Of a stretch of 64,000 bases of DNA, positions 1 to 10,014 are shown in pieces. A model generated the notes under the pieces. It had not been told where the DNA came from, did not search any database, and saw only the letters and a program-made list of their open reading frames with translations. The translations under genes and the position numbers were made by a program. How positions within the stretch are numbered: position 1 is the first letter of the stretch; each line of letters begins with the position of its first letter. This stretch comes from Armatimonadota bacterium (GTDB lineage Bacteria > Sysuimicrobiota > Sysuimicrobiia > Sysuimicrobiales > Kaftiobacteriaceae): the NCBI GenBank assembly GCA_037440005.1, contig JBBIUY010000005.1, forward strand, positions 34,179-98,178. The letters run 5' to 3'.

Positions 1-68
1 GGCCGCGACCGGGAGAGCGTCCACGCCGAGATCGTGCAGGTGGTGGAGGCCTTTCTCGCGGCGCGGGG

Positions 69-407
69 GTGGCCCCCATCAAGCTCGTCCTGACCATCGT
101 CCAGGAGAAGGACGCGGGGCGGTTGATCGACGCCCTCACCGACGAGGGGTTCCAGGCCACCGTGCTGGCCAGCACCGGCGGGTTTTTGCGGGAGGGGAAC
201 TCCACCATCCTCATCGGCGTCGAGGACGCCCAGGTGGAATCGGTGCTGGCCATCATCCAGCGCTGCTGCCACCGCCGGGAGCAGTTCGTCAGCCCCATGC
301 CCCCGGCGGTGGAGCCCGTGGACTCCTACGTGACCTACCCGGTGAAGGTGGAGGTGGGCGGGGCCATCGTCTTCGTCCTGCAGGTGGAGCGCATGGCCCG
401 CTTCTAG
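69..407 (+). CDS. darA: PII-like cyclic-di-AMP receptor protein (DarA/YaaQ family)
   Basis: 112-aa ORF. 'LVLTIVQEKDAGRLIDALTDEGFQATVLASTGGFLREGNSTILIGVEDAQVESVLAIIQ' matches the YaaQ/DarA fold. Sits immediately upstream of holB, as in the Bacillus tmk-yaaQ-holB order. Confidence 0.75.
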   Translation: MAPIKLVLTIVQEKDAGRLIDALTDEGFQATVLASTGGFLREGNSTILIGVEDAQVESVLAIIQRCCHRREQFVSPMPPAVEPVDSYVTYPVKVEVGGAIVFVLQVERMARF

Positions 408-480
408 CCCGCCCCGGGCGTCGCGGGCGACGTCCGGGGACCCCCGCCCCGCGGGCGGGGGAGAGGCGAGGGGGAGTGCT

Positions 481-1515
481 GTGCCGTTTGCCGACCTGGT
501 GGACCAGGACCACGCGGTGCTGCTGCTGCGGTCGGCGGCGCGCAGCGGCCGGGTCTCCCACGCCTACCTGTTCGCCGGCCCTGCAGGGGTCGGCCGGCGC
601 TCGGCCGCCCTCGCCTTCGCCCAGCTGCTGAACTGCCACCGTCCCGACATGGACGCCTGCGGCCGCTGCGCCGCCTGCGAGGCCATCACCGCCGGGCGCC
701 ACCCCGACGTGCGGGTGGTGGACGTGGCCCGGGGGATGCTGCTGGACCCCGAGGACACCACCCGGACCGGGATCGGGATCCGGCAAATCCTGGCCCTGCG
801 GCGGGAGGTGGTGTACCCGCCCTACCAGGGGCGGTGGAAGGTCTACGTCCTGGCCGACGCCGAGACCCTGACCCTGGAGGCCGCCAACAGCCTGCTGAAG
901 GTGCTGGAAGAACCCCCGCCTCAGGTGGTGATCATCCTCATCGCCGAGTCCACGGTGCCGCTGCCGCCCACGGTGGTCTCCCGCTGCCAGCTGGTGCGCT
1001 TCACCCTGCTCCCGCTGTCCGCCGTGGAGGAGGCCCTCCTCCGGCGGGGCGTGTCCCCGGACCACGCGCGCGTGGCGGCGGCCCTGTCGGGCGGGCAGCT
1101 GGGCCGGGCCCTGCAGTGGGCCACCTCCGAGGAGGCCCGGCAGCGGCGGGAGAGGATGCTGGACCTGCTGGAGCGGATGGAGCGCGCCGACCCGCTGGAG
1201 GTCCTGGACGCCGCCGACGAGCTCGCCCGGGAGAAGGAGGTCCTGGCGGACCTGCTGGAAATCGCCCTGTTCTGGTACCGGGACCTGCTGGTGTGGCAGC
1301 AGACCCACAGCGACCAGCAGCTGGTGAACCGGGACCGGCGGGAGCGCATCGCCGCCCTGGCCGCCTCCGTCCCCGCCGCCGTCCTGGCCGCCCGGGCCGA
1401 CGCCGTGCGGGACGCCCAGGACGCCCTGCGGCGCAACGTGCACCCCCGGCTGCTGCTGGAGACGTTGTTCATGCGGCTGGCGCGCCCGGCGGAGGAGGTC
1501 CGGCGGGGCACGTAA
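481..1515 (+). CDS. holB: DNA polymerase III delta-prime subunit
   Basis: GTG start after a G-rich SD. AAA+ Walker A 'FAGPAGVGRRS'. Zinc module 'CHRPDMDACGRCAACE'. Sensor motifs. 344 aa. Ends in TAA. Confidence 0.85.
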   Translation: MPFADLVDQDHAVLLLRSAARSGRVSHAYLFAGPAGVGRRSAALAFAQLLNCHRPDMDACGRCAACEAITAGRHPDVRVVDVARGMLLDPEDTTRTGIGIRQILALRREVVYPPYQGRWKVYVLADAETLTLEAANSLLKVLEEPPPQVVIILIAESTVPLPPTVVSRCQLVRFTLLPLSAVEEALLRRGVSPDHARVAAALSGGQLGRALQWATSEEARQRRERMLDLLERMERADPLEVLDAADELAREKEVLADLLEIALFWYRDLLVWQQTHSDQQLVNRDRRERIAALAASVPAAVLAARADAVRDAQDALRRNVHPRLLLETLFMRLARPAEEVRRGT

Positions 1516-1617
1516 GGCCGCCGCCGGAGGAAAACCCCCGCGGCGGCGCGAACCTTCCCTCGACACCGCGTGGAATCGCATCTCCTGCTCGCATCCCGGG
1601 GACGGGGAGGGTCCGCC

Positions 1618-2865
1618 ATGACAGGACACACGCCGGGGAGGGTGAGGGCTGGGTGGGTGTGGGGCGCGGCCGCGGTTGCGCTCCTGCTGGCCGCGGGAGC
1701 GGTCGGGCCGGGCGCGGCGGCCCCGCGGCAGTCGGGGACGCTGGCCATCCTGCACTTCAGCGTCATCAAGGGCACCACCTGGTCGGGCGCCCACCACCGC
1801 GCCGGCCAGCGCATCGCCGAGAAGTACCCCAACATCAAGTACGTCTACCGCGAGGAGGTCGGCCCCGACCTGACCATCCCCTACGCCGAGGAACTCATCC
1901 GCCAGGGGGCCACCATCGTGGTCGGCAACGCCGAGTTCATGGGCCTGCCGCTCAAGGACATCGCCGACAAGCACCCGGACGTCTACTTCGCGTCGGTGGT
2001 GGCCAGCGACGTGACCACCAAGCGCAACTTCATCCGGTTCTTCCCGCGGCAGTACCAGGCCCTGTACCTGGAAGGGCTGATCGCCGGCGCCCTGACCCGC
2101 ACGGGCAACATCGGCATCGTGTCGGCTTTCCCCAACGTGCAGGTGCTGCGCCGCCAGGCGGGGTTCTTCCTGGGCGTGCAGGACGCGGCCCGGGCCCTGA
2201 ACAAGCGGGTCACCGTGTACATCAAGTACGTGGGCGACTGGTACAAACCCGCCGAGGAGCGCGAGGTGGCCACCACCCTGGTGACCCAGCAGCGGGTGGA
2301 CGTCCTCACCCAGCAGACCGACTCGGGCTCGCCCCTGGACGTGGCCCAGGAGCGCAAGATCTGGTTCGTGGGCAAGGACATGGACGTGGTGGGGTTTTAC
2401 GGGTGGTCCAGCACCGACACCGTGGCCGTGTCCTTCGACACCCGGTGGGAGGTCCTGTACGACCGGATGGTGCGCGACTGGCTGGCCGGCAACCGGACGC
2501 CCCGCACCCTGCTGTACCTGGGCCTGAAGGACACCATGACCCTGGCCGACGGGACGGTGGAGCCCGCCGTGGACATCATGAACAACAAGAAGGTGGGGGT
2601 GGACGCCATCAGCCCCAAGGCCCGCCCGCTCATCCCCGCGTCCATCCTGCGGCTGGTGGCCCAGCGCCGGGAGCAGATGATGAAGGGGGAGTGGGACCCG
2701 TTCTTCGAGCATGCCTTTGTGAGCAACGGCACCGGGCTGGCCCTGGCGGGGACGCCGATTCCGCCCAAGGGCACGGTGGTCAAGAAGGCCCGGGAGATGC
2801 CGTCCGACGAATGGCTGCTGGGCAAGTTCAACTTCGACCTGGAGGGGATGGCCATCCTCAAGTGA
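1618..2865 (+). CDS. BMP-family (Med/PnrA-like) ABC transporter substrate-binding lipoprotein
   Basis: ATG at 1618 preceded by GGGGAGGG. Signal peptide 'WVWGAAAVALLLAAGAV'. Mature part has the BMP-family fold. Followed by an ATPase and two permeases. A start at 1570 is not excluded. Confidence 0.75.
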   Translation: MTGHTPGRVRAGWVWGAAAVALLLAAGAVGPGAAAPRQSGTLAILHFSVIKGTTWSGAHHRAGQRIAEKYPNIKYVYREEVGPDLTIPYAEELIRQGATIVVGNAEFMGLPLKDIADKHPDVYFASVVASDVTTKRNFIRFFPRQYQALYLEGLIAGALTRTGNIGIVSAFPNVQVLRRQAGFFLGVQDAARALNKRVTVYIKYVGDWYKPAEEREVATTLVTQQRVDVLTQQTDSGSPLDVAQERKIWFVGKDMDVVGFYGWSSTDTVAVSFDTRWEVLYDRMVRDWLAGNRTPRTLLYLGLKDTMTLADGTVEPAVDIMNNKKVGVDAISPKARPLIPASILRLVAQRREQMMKGEWDPFFEHAFVSNGTGLALAGTPIPPKGTVVKKAREMPSDEWLLGKFNFDLEGMAILK

Positions 2866-3005
2866 CCGGCGGGCCGGCCCGCCCGGCGGCCGGTCCCGGC
2901 GGGAGACCTGGACGGGGAGGCTCCTCTATCCGCCCGGCATCCGGCGGGGAGGAGCCTTCCCGTGTCGGCCGGCGGGTCCCCCGCCCGGTGCGCTGACCCC
3001 GCCCC

Positions 3006-4562
3006 ATGAGCGACGACCGCGCTGTCCCCCTCGCCGACCCGGCGACCCCGCTGCTCCTGGCCCGGGGCATCACCAAGCGGTTTCCCGGCGTGCTGGCCCT
3101 CGACCGCGTGGACCTGGAGGTCCGGGCGGGCGAGGTGCACGCGATCCTGGGCCAGAACGGGGCCGGCAAGACCACCCTGATGAACATCCTGTTCGGCCTG
3201 CTGCGCCCCGACGAGGGTGTGCTGTACCTGCGCGGGCGGCGGGTGCAGTTCCGCTCCCCCCACGACGCCATCGCCGCGGGCATCGGCATGGTCCACCAGA
3301 CCCGCCGGCTGGTGGCCGCCCACACGGTGCTGGAGAACATCATCCTGGGCCATCCCCGGGCGCGGGGCCTGCTGCGGCTGCGCCGGCTGCGGCCGGAGGT
3401 GGAAGCCCTGTGCGCCCGGTACGGGGTCCGGGTGGACCTGGACGCCCGGGTGTGGCAGCTGCCCGAGGGCCAGCGCCAGTGGGTGGAGATCCTCAAAGCG
3501 CTGTACGGCGGCGCCCGGATTTTGATCCTGGACGAGCCCACCTCCGCCCTGACCCCGCCGGAGGTGGCCGGGCTGCTGGCGGGCCTGCGGACCCTGGTGC
3601 AGGAGCAGGGGGTCACCGTCCTGCTGGTCACCCACAAGCTGCCCATCGTCAAGGCCAGCAGCCACCGGGTGACGATCCTGCGCGCGGGCCGCGTGGTGGC
3701 GCGCCTGGTCACCGCCGAGGCCACCGAGGACGTCCTGGTCCGGCACATGGTGGGCCGCGACGTCGCCTTCCGCCCGGCGGAAGACGTGACCGCCGGCCGC
3801 CCGCTGCTGCAGGTGAACGGGCTGTGGGCCTACAACGACAAGGGGCTGCCGTCGGTGCGGGGGATCACGTTCTCCCTGCGGGAGGGAGAGGTCCTGGGCG
3901 TGGCGGGGGTCACCGGAAACGGCCAGGAGGAGCTGGCCCAGGTCCTGGCCGGGCTGCGCCCGCCGGCGGCGGGGACGGTGGTGTTCGACGGCCAGGACAT
4001 CACCCACCTGCCGGTGCTCCAGCGGTGGCAGCGGGGCATCGGCTACGTGCCGGCGGACCGGTCGGAGCTGGCGTCCATCGCCGCCTTCTCGCTGGTGGAG
4101 AACACCGCCCTGACCTATCACTTCGACCCCGCCTTCACCCCCCGCGGCCTGCTGGACGGGGCCGGCCTGGAGGGGCTCACCCAGCGCATCATGGCGGCGT
4201 TCGGCGTGGCCGCCCCCCACCCGTACGTCCGCGCCCGCCACCTGTCGGGGGGGAATCTGCAGAGGCTGGTCCTGGGGCGGGTGCTGTCCCGGGCCCCGCG
4301 GCTGCTGATCGCCCACCTGCCCACCCAGGGGCTGGACGTGGAGGCGACGGCGTTCGTGCGCGGCAAGATCCTGGAAGCACGGGCCCGGGGGGCGGCGGTG
4401 GTGCTGATCTCCGAGGACATGGACGAGATTCTGTCCTGCAGCGACTGGGTGGCGCCCATCTACGAAGGGCGGTTCGTGGCCATCCTGTCCCGCCGGGAGG
4501 CCGATCCGGAGACCGTGGGCGCCATGATGGCCGGCCTGGAGCGGGGGGTGCGGGTCCCGTGA
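3006..4562 (+). CDS. ABC transporter ATP-binding protein with duplicated ATPase domains
   Basis: Two Walker A boxes: 'GQNGAGKTT' and 'GVTGNGQEE'. Signature 'LSGGN'. 518 aa. Stop overlaps the next start (TGATG). Confidence 0.85.
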   Translation: MSDDRAVPLADPATPLLLARGITKRFPGVLALDRVDLEVRAGEVHAILGQNGAGKTTLMNILFGLLRPDEGVLYLRGRRVQFRSPHDAIAAGIGMVHQTRRLVAAHTVLENIILGHPRARGLLRLRRLRPEVEALCARYGVRVDLDARVWQLPEGQRQWVEILKALYGGARILILDEPTSALTPPEVAGLLAGLRTLVQEQGVTVLLVTHKLPIVKASSHRVTILRAGRVVARLVTAEATEDVLVRHMVGRDVAFRPAEDVTAGRPLLQVNGLWAYNDKGLPSVRGITFSLREGEVLGVAGVTGNGQEELAQVLAGLRPPAAGTVVFDGQDITHLPVLQRWQRGIGYVPADRSELASIAAFSLVENTALTYHFDPAFTPRGLLDGAGLEGLTQRIMAAFGVAAPHPYVRARHLSGGNLQRLVLGRVLSRAPRLLIAHLPTQGLDVEATAFVRGKILEARARGAAVVLISEDMDEILSCSDWVAPIYEGRFVAILSRREADPETVGAMMAGLERGVRVP

Positions 4563-5701
4563 TGGTGGGCCGCTACCAGATCACCCTCCAGGCCCGGCAG
4601 GCCCGTTCCGCCTCCTCCGCGGCGCTGGCGGCGCTGCTGGCCATCGTCCTGGCCCTGGCGCTGGCCAGCGTGCTGTTCGTCTCCTCCGGCAGCGGCGTTC
4701 TCGCGGGATACCGGGTGGTGTTTTCCTACGCGTTCTTCAATCCCCACGGGGCCGTGGCCACCCTGCACCGGGCGGTGTACCTGCTGCTGTGCACCTATGC
4801 GTTTTTGCTGCCCCTGCGGGCCGGCCTGTGGAACATCGGCCTGCCCGGGCAGGTGTACGCGGGGGCTCTGGCGGCGTTTGGGGTGCCCGCGGTCCTGGGG
4901 ATGTCCCGGGAGGCCGCCCCGGGGTGGCCGCCGGGCGCGGTGATCGGGCTCATGATCCTGGCGGCGGCCGCCGCCGGCGCGGCGGTGGGAAGCGTGGCCG
5001 GCGTGCTGCGGGCGCGCCTGCAGGTCAACGAGATCCTGGTCACCATGATGTTGAACTCGATCCTGTTCTGGCTGGTGTCGTTCATGATCAAAGAAGGCGG
5101 GCCGCTGATGGGCGCCACCGCCGAAGGGGAGAGCTTCACCCTCCCCCTCCTCCTGCGGGCGCCGCTGGCGGGCGGAATACCGGTCACCGCGGCCCTGGCG
5201 GCGGCGGGGGCGGTCCTGATCGACCCGCTGCTGGCCCGGACCGCCCTGGGCTACCGCATCCGGGCGTTCGGCGAAAATCCCCAGGCCGCCCGCTACGGGG
5301 GCATCAGCCCGCTGGCGCTGTCGCTGCTGGTCTTTGCCGCGGGCGGGGCCACCGCGGGCCTGGCCGGGTACCACACCTTCGCCGCCATCCCCGGCGTCTA
5401 CAAGATCCCCGGCAACTACGGGTTTTACGGCGACCTCAGCTTCTACGGCCTGATCACCGCGCTGATCGCCCGGGGGTCGGCCCTGGCGGCCGTGCCCATC
5501 GCCGTCCTCCTGTCGGGGCTGTCCCTGGGGGCGAGGTTCGCCCAGGGGATGCTGCGCCTGCCCTTCGGCGTCGACTACGCGCTGCTGGGGCTGCTGATGA
5601 TGACGTTCGTGGCCTCCCACATCCTGGACCGGTTCCGGGTGGTCTGGCGGCGGACTCCCGCCGGGGTCCTGCAGCCGGCCCCCGGGGACAGCCGGGGGTG
5701 A
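4562..5701 (+). CDS. ABC transporter permease (BMP system)
   Basis: ATG at 4562 overlaps the upstream stop. Polytopic hydrophobic protein. In frame with the tail of the 3410..5701 track ORF. Confidence 0.75.
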   Translation: MVGRYQITLQARQARSASSAALAALLAIVLALALASVLFVSSGSGVLAGYRVVFSYAFFNPHGAVATLHRAVYLLLCTYAFLLPLRAGLWNIGLPGQVYAGALAAFGVPAVLGMSREAAPGWPPGAVIGLMILAAAAAGAAVGSVAGVLRARLQVNEILVTMMLNSILFWLVSFMIKEGGPLMGATAEGESFTLPLLLRAPLAGGIPVTAALAAAGAVLIDPLLARTALGYRIRAFGENPQAARYGGISPLALSLLVFAAGGATAGLAGYHTFAAIPGVYKIPGNYGFYGDLSFYGLITALIARGSALAAVPIAVLLSGLSLGARFAQGMLRLPFGVDYALLGLLMMTFVASHILDRFRVVWRRTPAGVLQPAPGDSRG

Positions 5702-6582
5702 GCGCCGTGTGGGAACTGCTGGCCCGCAGCCTGGAGGCCAGCACCGTCTTCCTGTTCGCGGCGCTGGGGGAGCTGGTCAGCCAGCGGGCCGGCACCCTCA
5801 ACGTGGGGTTGGAGGGGCTGATGCTGTTCGGGGGGACCGTCGCCTTTATCGCTGCCCGGCTGACCGCCAGCTACCCGGCAGGTCTGGCGGCCGCCCTGGC
5901 GGTGGGGGCGGTGCTGGGGGCCTCGCACGGCTTTTTCTCCATCACCCTGCGGGGCGACCAGGTGGTCAGCGGGATGGGGCTGTGGATCCTCAGCTTCGGG
6001 CTGACCACCTACCTGGGCAGCCCCTACACCGGCCCGCTGGGGCTGCCGCGGATGGCCACCCTGTTCGGCCTGTCGCCGTTCGTGTACGCCGGGGTGGCGC
6101 TGGTGGTGGTGAGCGCGGTGGTCCTGTTCCGGACCGGTGCGGGGCTGGCCATCCGGTCGGTGGGCGAAAACCCGCTGGCGGCCGAAGCGTCGGGGATTCC
6201 CGTGGCCGCCACCCGCTACCTGTGCGTGATCTGGGGCGGGCTGCTGGCCGCCCTGGCGGGCGCCGTCTACACGCTGTCGTACAACCCCGTGTGGACGTAC
6301 AACTTTCTGATGGGGTGGGGGTTTGTCAGCCTGGCGCTGGTGTTCTTCTCCATGTGGAACCCGTGGATCTTGCTGGCCGGCGCCTCGCTGTTTGGCCTCA
6401 TGTGGCAGCTGTCCCTCAGCCCCGAGCTGGTCCTGCCCGGCGTGCTGTCCCGGTACGTGTGGCGGACGGTCCCCTTCGCGGTGACCATCCCGATCCTGGT
6501 GGTCATCTCCACGCCCTGGTTCCGCAGCCGCTGGGGGCTGGCCCGGCCGGAGGCCCTGGGCCGCCCCTACCCGGCCGACTGA
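5698..6582 (+). CDS. ABC transporter permease (BMP system)
   Basis: GTG at 5698 overlaps the upstream stop (GTGA). Multi-TM. Tail of the 4789..6582 track ORF. Confidence 0.75.
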   Translation: MSAVWELLARSLEASTVFLFAALGELVSQRAGTLNVGLEGLMLFGGTVAFIAARLTASYPAGLAAALAVGAVLGASHGFFSITLRGDQVVSGMGLWILSFGLTTYLGSPYTGPLGLPRMATLFGLSPFVYAGVALVVVSAVVLFRTGAGLAIRSVGENPLAAEASGIPVAATRYLCVIWGGLLAALAGAVYTLSYNPVWTYNFLMGWGFVSLALVFFSMWNPWILLAGASLFGLMWQLSLSPELVLPGVLSRYVWRTVPFAVTIPILVVISTPWFRSRWGLARPEALGRPYPAD

Positions 6583-6594
6583 CCCGGGCCGGGC

Positions 6595-7452
6595 CTACCC
6601 GCCCGCTTGGGCGGCGCGCCGTAGGGCCTTCAGCACCTGCAGGTTGCGCCGGTCGGGTCCCCGGCGGTCGAACCCCGGCGTCTCGATGATGCCGGCCAGC
6701 CGCTGCAGGCGCGGGTGGGCGACAAGCGCCGCGAACCCCCGCCGGCCGATGCGGCCCTGGCCGATGTTCTCGTGGCGGTCCAGGTGCGATCCCAGGCCGC
6801 CCCGGGAGTCGTTGAGGTGCAGCAGCTGCAGGTGGCGCAGCCCCACCGTGCGGTCGAACGCCCGCAGGGCGGCCTGCACCCCCTGCGGGGTGCGCAGATC
6901 CCACCCGGCGGCGAACAGGTGGCAGGTGTCCAGGCAGACGCCCACCCGCGGGTGGTGGTCTAAAGCCTCCAGGATGTCCGCCAGCTCCTCGAACGTCCCG
7001 CCCACCTGGCCGCCGGCGCCAGCGCTGTGCTCCAGCAGCACCCGGGCGGTCGCCGTCGCCTCCAGCGCCACCCCGATCGCCGCCACCACCCGGTCCCGGG
7101 CGTCCGCCCAGGGCCGGCTGCCCCGGCTGCCCAAGTGGGTGACCACTCCCATTCCCTGCAGGCGGTCCATCAGGTGCAGCGACGAGATCAGGCTGGCGGT
7201 GGACCGCCGGTAGATTTCCGGATCGGCGGACGCCAGGTTGACCAGGTAGGCGGCGTGGGCCACCAGCGGGTCCAGTCCCGCCCGGCGCCGCTTGACCACG
7301 AACAGGTCCAGGTCCCGGTCGGAGTAGCGCACCTCCCGCCACTGGCGCGGGCTGCCGGTGAAGATCTGCAGGCACTCGCAGCCGATGGCGACGGCGCGGT
7401 CCACCGCCAGGTGGAGCGCGCCCCGGATGCTGACGTGAGCGCCGAACGTCAC
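6595..7452 (-). CDS. nfo: Endonuclease IV (AP endonuclease, TIM-barrel)
   Basis: GTG start. Motifs 'GAHVSI', 'HAAYLVNLAS', 'LEHSAGAGGQVG', 'VCLDTCHLFAAG', 'HLNDS'. 285 aa. Confidence 0.85.
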   Translation of the reverse strand: MTFGAHVSIRGALHLAVDRAVAIGCECLQIFTGSPRQWREVRYSDRDLDLFVVKRRRAGLDPLVAHAAYLVNLASADPEIYRRSTASLISSLHLMDRLQGMGVVTHLGSRGSRPWADARDRVVAAIGVALEATATARVLLEHSAGAGGQVGGTFEELADILEALDHHPRVGVCLDTCHLFAAGWDLRTPQGVQAALRAFDRTVGLRHLQLLHLNDSRGGLGSHLDRHENIGQGRIGRRGFAALVAHPRLQRLAGIIETPGFDRRGPDRRNLQVLKALRRAAQAGG

Positions 7453-7567
7453 GCGGAGGGTGTGGATTCGCCCCTGGGCCTCCGGGCCCCTGGCCGGGCC
7501 GGCGGCATGAGTTCGCCCCGGGGGCTGCGAATCACCCTCTCACACCACTGCGGCGAGGGAGGCCTGT

Positions 7568-8743
7568 ATGGGTACCGAGTGGGGCTTTACGACCCGCGCC
7601 ATCCACGGCGGGGCCATCCCCGACACCCACCGGGCGGTGGCGCCGCCCATCTACCAGACCGCCACCTTCTGGTACGAGACGGCCGCCGAGGGCGCCCGAC
7701 TGGGTCAGGAGATCCCTCCGGGATACGTGTACACCCGGTGGGGCAACCCCACCACCCGCGCTCTGGAGGAGAAGGTGGCGCTGCTGGAAGGCGGGGAGGA
7801 CGCCCTGGCCACGGCGTCGGGGATGGGGGCGATCAGCGCCACCCTGCTGGCCGCCCTGCGGCCGGGCGACCACGCGGTGGCGCCGGCAGCCATCTACCAG
7901 GCGTCCTACCAGCTGTTCAGCGAGGTCCTGCCCGCTCTGGGCATCCAGACCACGCTGATCGGCGACACGTCGGTGGAGGCCTACGAGCGCGCCCTGCGGC
8001 CGACCACCCGCCTGATCTACATCGAGACCCCCTCCAACCCGATGCTGGGCATCACCGACATCGCCGCCGTGGCGGCCCTGGGCCGCGCCCGCGGCGCCCT
8101 CACGGTCGCCGACAACACCTGGGCCACCCCGTACAACCAGACGCCGTTGAGCCTGGGGGTGGACGTGGTGGTCCACAGCGCCACCAAGTACCTGGGCGGC
8201 CACCACGACGTCACCGCCGGGGTCATCGTGGGCAGCCGGGAGTTCATCGGCCGCGCCAAGCGGTGGGTCCGGCTGCTGGGAGCCACCCCGGACCCGTTCG
8301 GCTCGTGGCTGGTGATCCGGGGCCTGGCGACCCTGGCCCTGCGGGTGGAACGGCAGAACCGCACCGCCCAGGCGCTGGCCGAATTCCTGGCCGCCCACCC
8401 GGCCGTGGACCGGGTCTACTATCCCGGCCTGCCGGACCACCCGGGGCATGAGGTCGCCCGGCGCCAGATGCGGGGTTTTGGGGGCATGCTCAGCGTCGAG
8501 GTCGCCGGCGGGTACGAGGCCAGCGTGCGGGTCTTCGAGGCGCTGCGGGTGTGCACCCGGGCGACCAGCCTGGGCGGGGTGAGCACCCTGGTGTCCCATC
8601 CGGCCGCCATCAGCAGCGTCCACATGCCGGCCCACGTCCGGGAGGCCGCCGGCATCGCCCCGGGGTTGATCCGGATCAGCGTGGGCATCGAAGACCCCGA
8701 CGACCTGCTGGAGGACTTCCGCCAGGCGCTGGGGCGGATCTGA
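7568..8743 (+). CDS. PLP-dependent Cys/Met-metabolism enzyme (cystathionine gamma-synthase / O-acetylhomoserine sulfhydrylase / methionine gamma-lyase family)
   Basis: PLP-lysine context 'VVHSATKYLGGHHD'. Family N-terminus 'TRAIHGG...YQTATF'. 391 aa. Confidence 0.8.
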   Translation: MGTEWGFTTRAIHGGAIPDTHRAVAPPIYQTATFWYETAAEGARLGQEIPPGYVYTRWGNPTTRALEEKVALLEGGEDALATASGMGAISATLLAALRPGDHAVAPAAIYQASYQLFSEVLPALGIQTTLIGDTSVEAYERALRPTTRLIYIETPSNPMLGITDIAAVAALGRARGALTVADNTWATPYNQTPLSLGVDVVVHSATKYLGGHHDVTAGVIVGSREFIGRAKRWVRLLGATPDPFGSWLVIRGLATLALRVERQNRTAQALAEFLAAHPAVDRVYYPGLPDHPGHEVARRQMRGFGGMLSVEVAGGYEASVRVFEALRVCTRATSLGGVSTLVSHPAAISSVHMPAHVREAAGIAPGLIRISVGIEDPDDLLEDFRQALGRI

Positions 8744-9141
8744 TGCGGGTCTCCCTCCACCCGGAGAGGTTCGTGCAGGTCCGGGTGGCCGCCCGCCTCC
8801 GGCCCAGCCTGCAGCGCGCCCTGGCCGGCGTCCACGGGCCGTTTGTCACCACCCGGGAGGGCGAGGAGTTCGTGGTGACGCTGCAGGAGGCGGAGTGGGC
8901 CCGCCTGGCCCCCCGGTTCGCCTCGGCCCGGGTGGAAAGAGGTCTGCGGGTGATCTCCGTCGAGGCGTCCGGCGGCGACCCGGCCCTGGCCCGCCGGCTG
9001 GCGGAGGTCGCCGCCCGGGCCGGCATCGCCGCCCGCCCGCTGCCGGCGTTCCACCGGGACTACCTGGTGGTCTCCGACCAGGACGCGGCGCGCTGCCTGG
9101 AGGTGCTCCGGCGGGCGCTGGAGGAGGCGGCGGGGAGCTGA
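8743..9141 (+). CDS. ACT-domain-like small protein, translationally coupled to the PLP enzyme
   Basis: ATGA overlap with the upstream stop. 132 aa with beta-alpha-beta ACT-like segments. Confidence 0.45.
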   Translation: MRVSLHPERFVQVRVAARLRPSLQRALAGVHGPFVTTREGEEFVVTLQEAEWARLAPRFASARVERGLRVISVEASGGDPALARRLAEVAARAGIAARPLPAFHRDYLVVSDQDAARCLEVLRRALEEAAGS

Positions 9142-9153
9142 CGGTCCGCCCGG

Positions 9154-9888
9154 TCAGCCGTCCTGCGACCAGGAGTCCACCAGGGAGGCCACCTCCGCCA
9201 GGCTGCCGGCCACGGCGTCGGGAGCCGGAACGGGCGGTTCCGCCGCCGGGGCGGTCCGCAGCAGGATGGCGCGCATGCCCAGCCCCCGGGCTCCGGCCAC
9301 GTCGGCGTCGGGCGTGTCTCCCACCATCACCACCTTTCGGGCCGGGAGCCCCCACGCTCTCAGGACCGCCTCAAACGGCCGCGGGTCGGGTTTGGCCCAC
9401 CCCACCTGGGCGGAGGAGACGATGGGATCCAGGTAGCGGGCCAGATGCAGCCGCCGGCAGCACTCCACCACGAACAGGTGGGAGGAGGCGTTGGAGACCA
9501 GGCCCACCCGCAGGCCCCGCCGGCGCAGCCGGTCCAGGACCTCCACCGCCCCGGGCATGGGCGTCATCCGCGCCAGCTCGGGCTCAAAGAACGCCGCCTC
9601 CGCCCGGGCCACGTGAGCGGGATCGGCCGGCAGGCCGTACCGGGCCAGCACCTCCGCCAGGACCTCGGCGGCGGTGACCTCCTGAGTCCCCCGGCGGGAC
9701 GCGAAGGCGGCCTGGCGCGCGGCCACCAGGGCGTCCACGAAGTCGGCGGGCACGGTGTGGCCCTGGCCCACCAGCCACGCCCGCAGCGCGGCGGCGTTGG
9801 CGCGGTCCAGCTGGTCGGCCGGCATCGCCTCGCCGACCGCCAGGGTCCCGCCCAGGTCGAAGATCACCCCGCAGACCACCTCCCCCAT
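9154..9888 (-). CDS. HAD-superfamily hydrolase
   Basis: Motif I 'VIFDLGGTL'. Motif II 'LVSNAS'. Motif III/IV 'KPDPRPF...VMVGDTPD.D'. 244 aa. Confidence 0.7.
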   Translation of the reverse strand: MGEVVCGVIFDLGGTLAVGEAMPADQLDRANAAALRAWLVGQGHTVPADFVDALVAARQAAFASRRGTQEVTAAEVLAEVLARYGLPADPAHVARAEAAFFEPELARMTPMPGAVEVLDRLRRRGLRVGLVSNASSHLFVVECCRRLHLARYLDPIVSSAQVGWAKPDPRPFEAVLRAWGLPARKVVMVGDTPDADVAGARGLGMRAILLRTAPAAEPPVPAPDAVAGSLAEVASLVDSWSQDG

Positions 9889-9972
9889 CTATAGCCCGCG
9901 CCGGCCCCTCCGTCCACCGCGGCGGCACCCGTCTTGACGGGCCCGGGTCCGGGGCATAGGATTGTCACAGTG

Positions 9973-9993
9973 TGTCCTACTATTGGTAGGACA
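9973..9993. promoter_or_regulatory. Candidate GntR operator: perfect inverted repeat TGTCCTAC-N5-GTAGGACA
   Basis: Seen directly at 9973-9993 in the divergent intergenic region between the HAD gene (-) and the GntR gene (+). GT...AC half-sites are typical of GntR-family operators. Confidence 0.45.
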
Positions 9994-10014
9994 ATTCAGC
10001 CCCCGCCCCTGCAG

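Noticed and set aside
1516-1617. GC-rich hairpin after the holB stop (GCCGCCGC...GCGGCGGC) as a terminator
   Set aside because: No U-tract, and a large internal loop. It cannot be distinguished from random GC-rich structure.
289-2712. 807-aa ORF on the - strand, together with the 720-aa + strand ORF 834..2996
   Set aside because: Antisense or out-of-frame to holB and the BMP SBP. Pro/Gly/Arg/His-rich composition is typical of wrong-frame translation in 72% GC DNA. No motifs.
3410-5701. 763-aa + strand ORF overlapping the ABC ATPase
   Set aside because: Only the tail from ATG 4562 (the permease) is real. The upstream part is the ATPase gene read out of frame.
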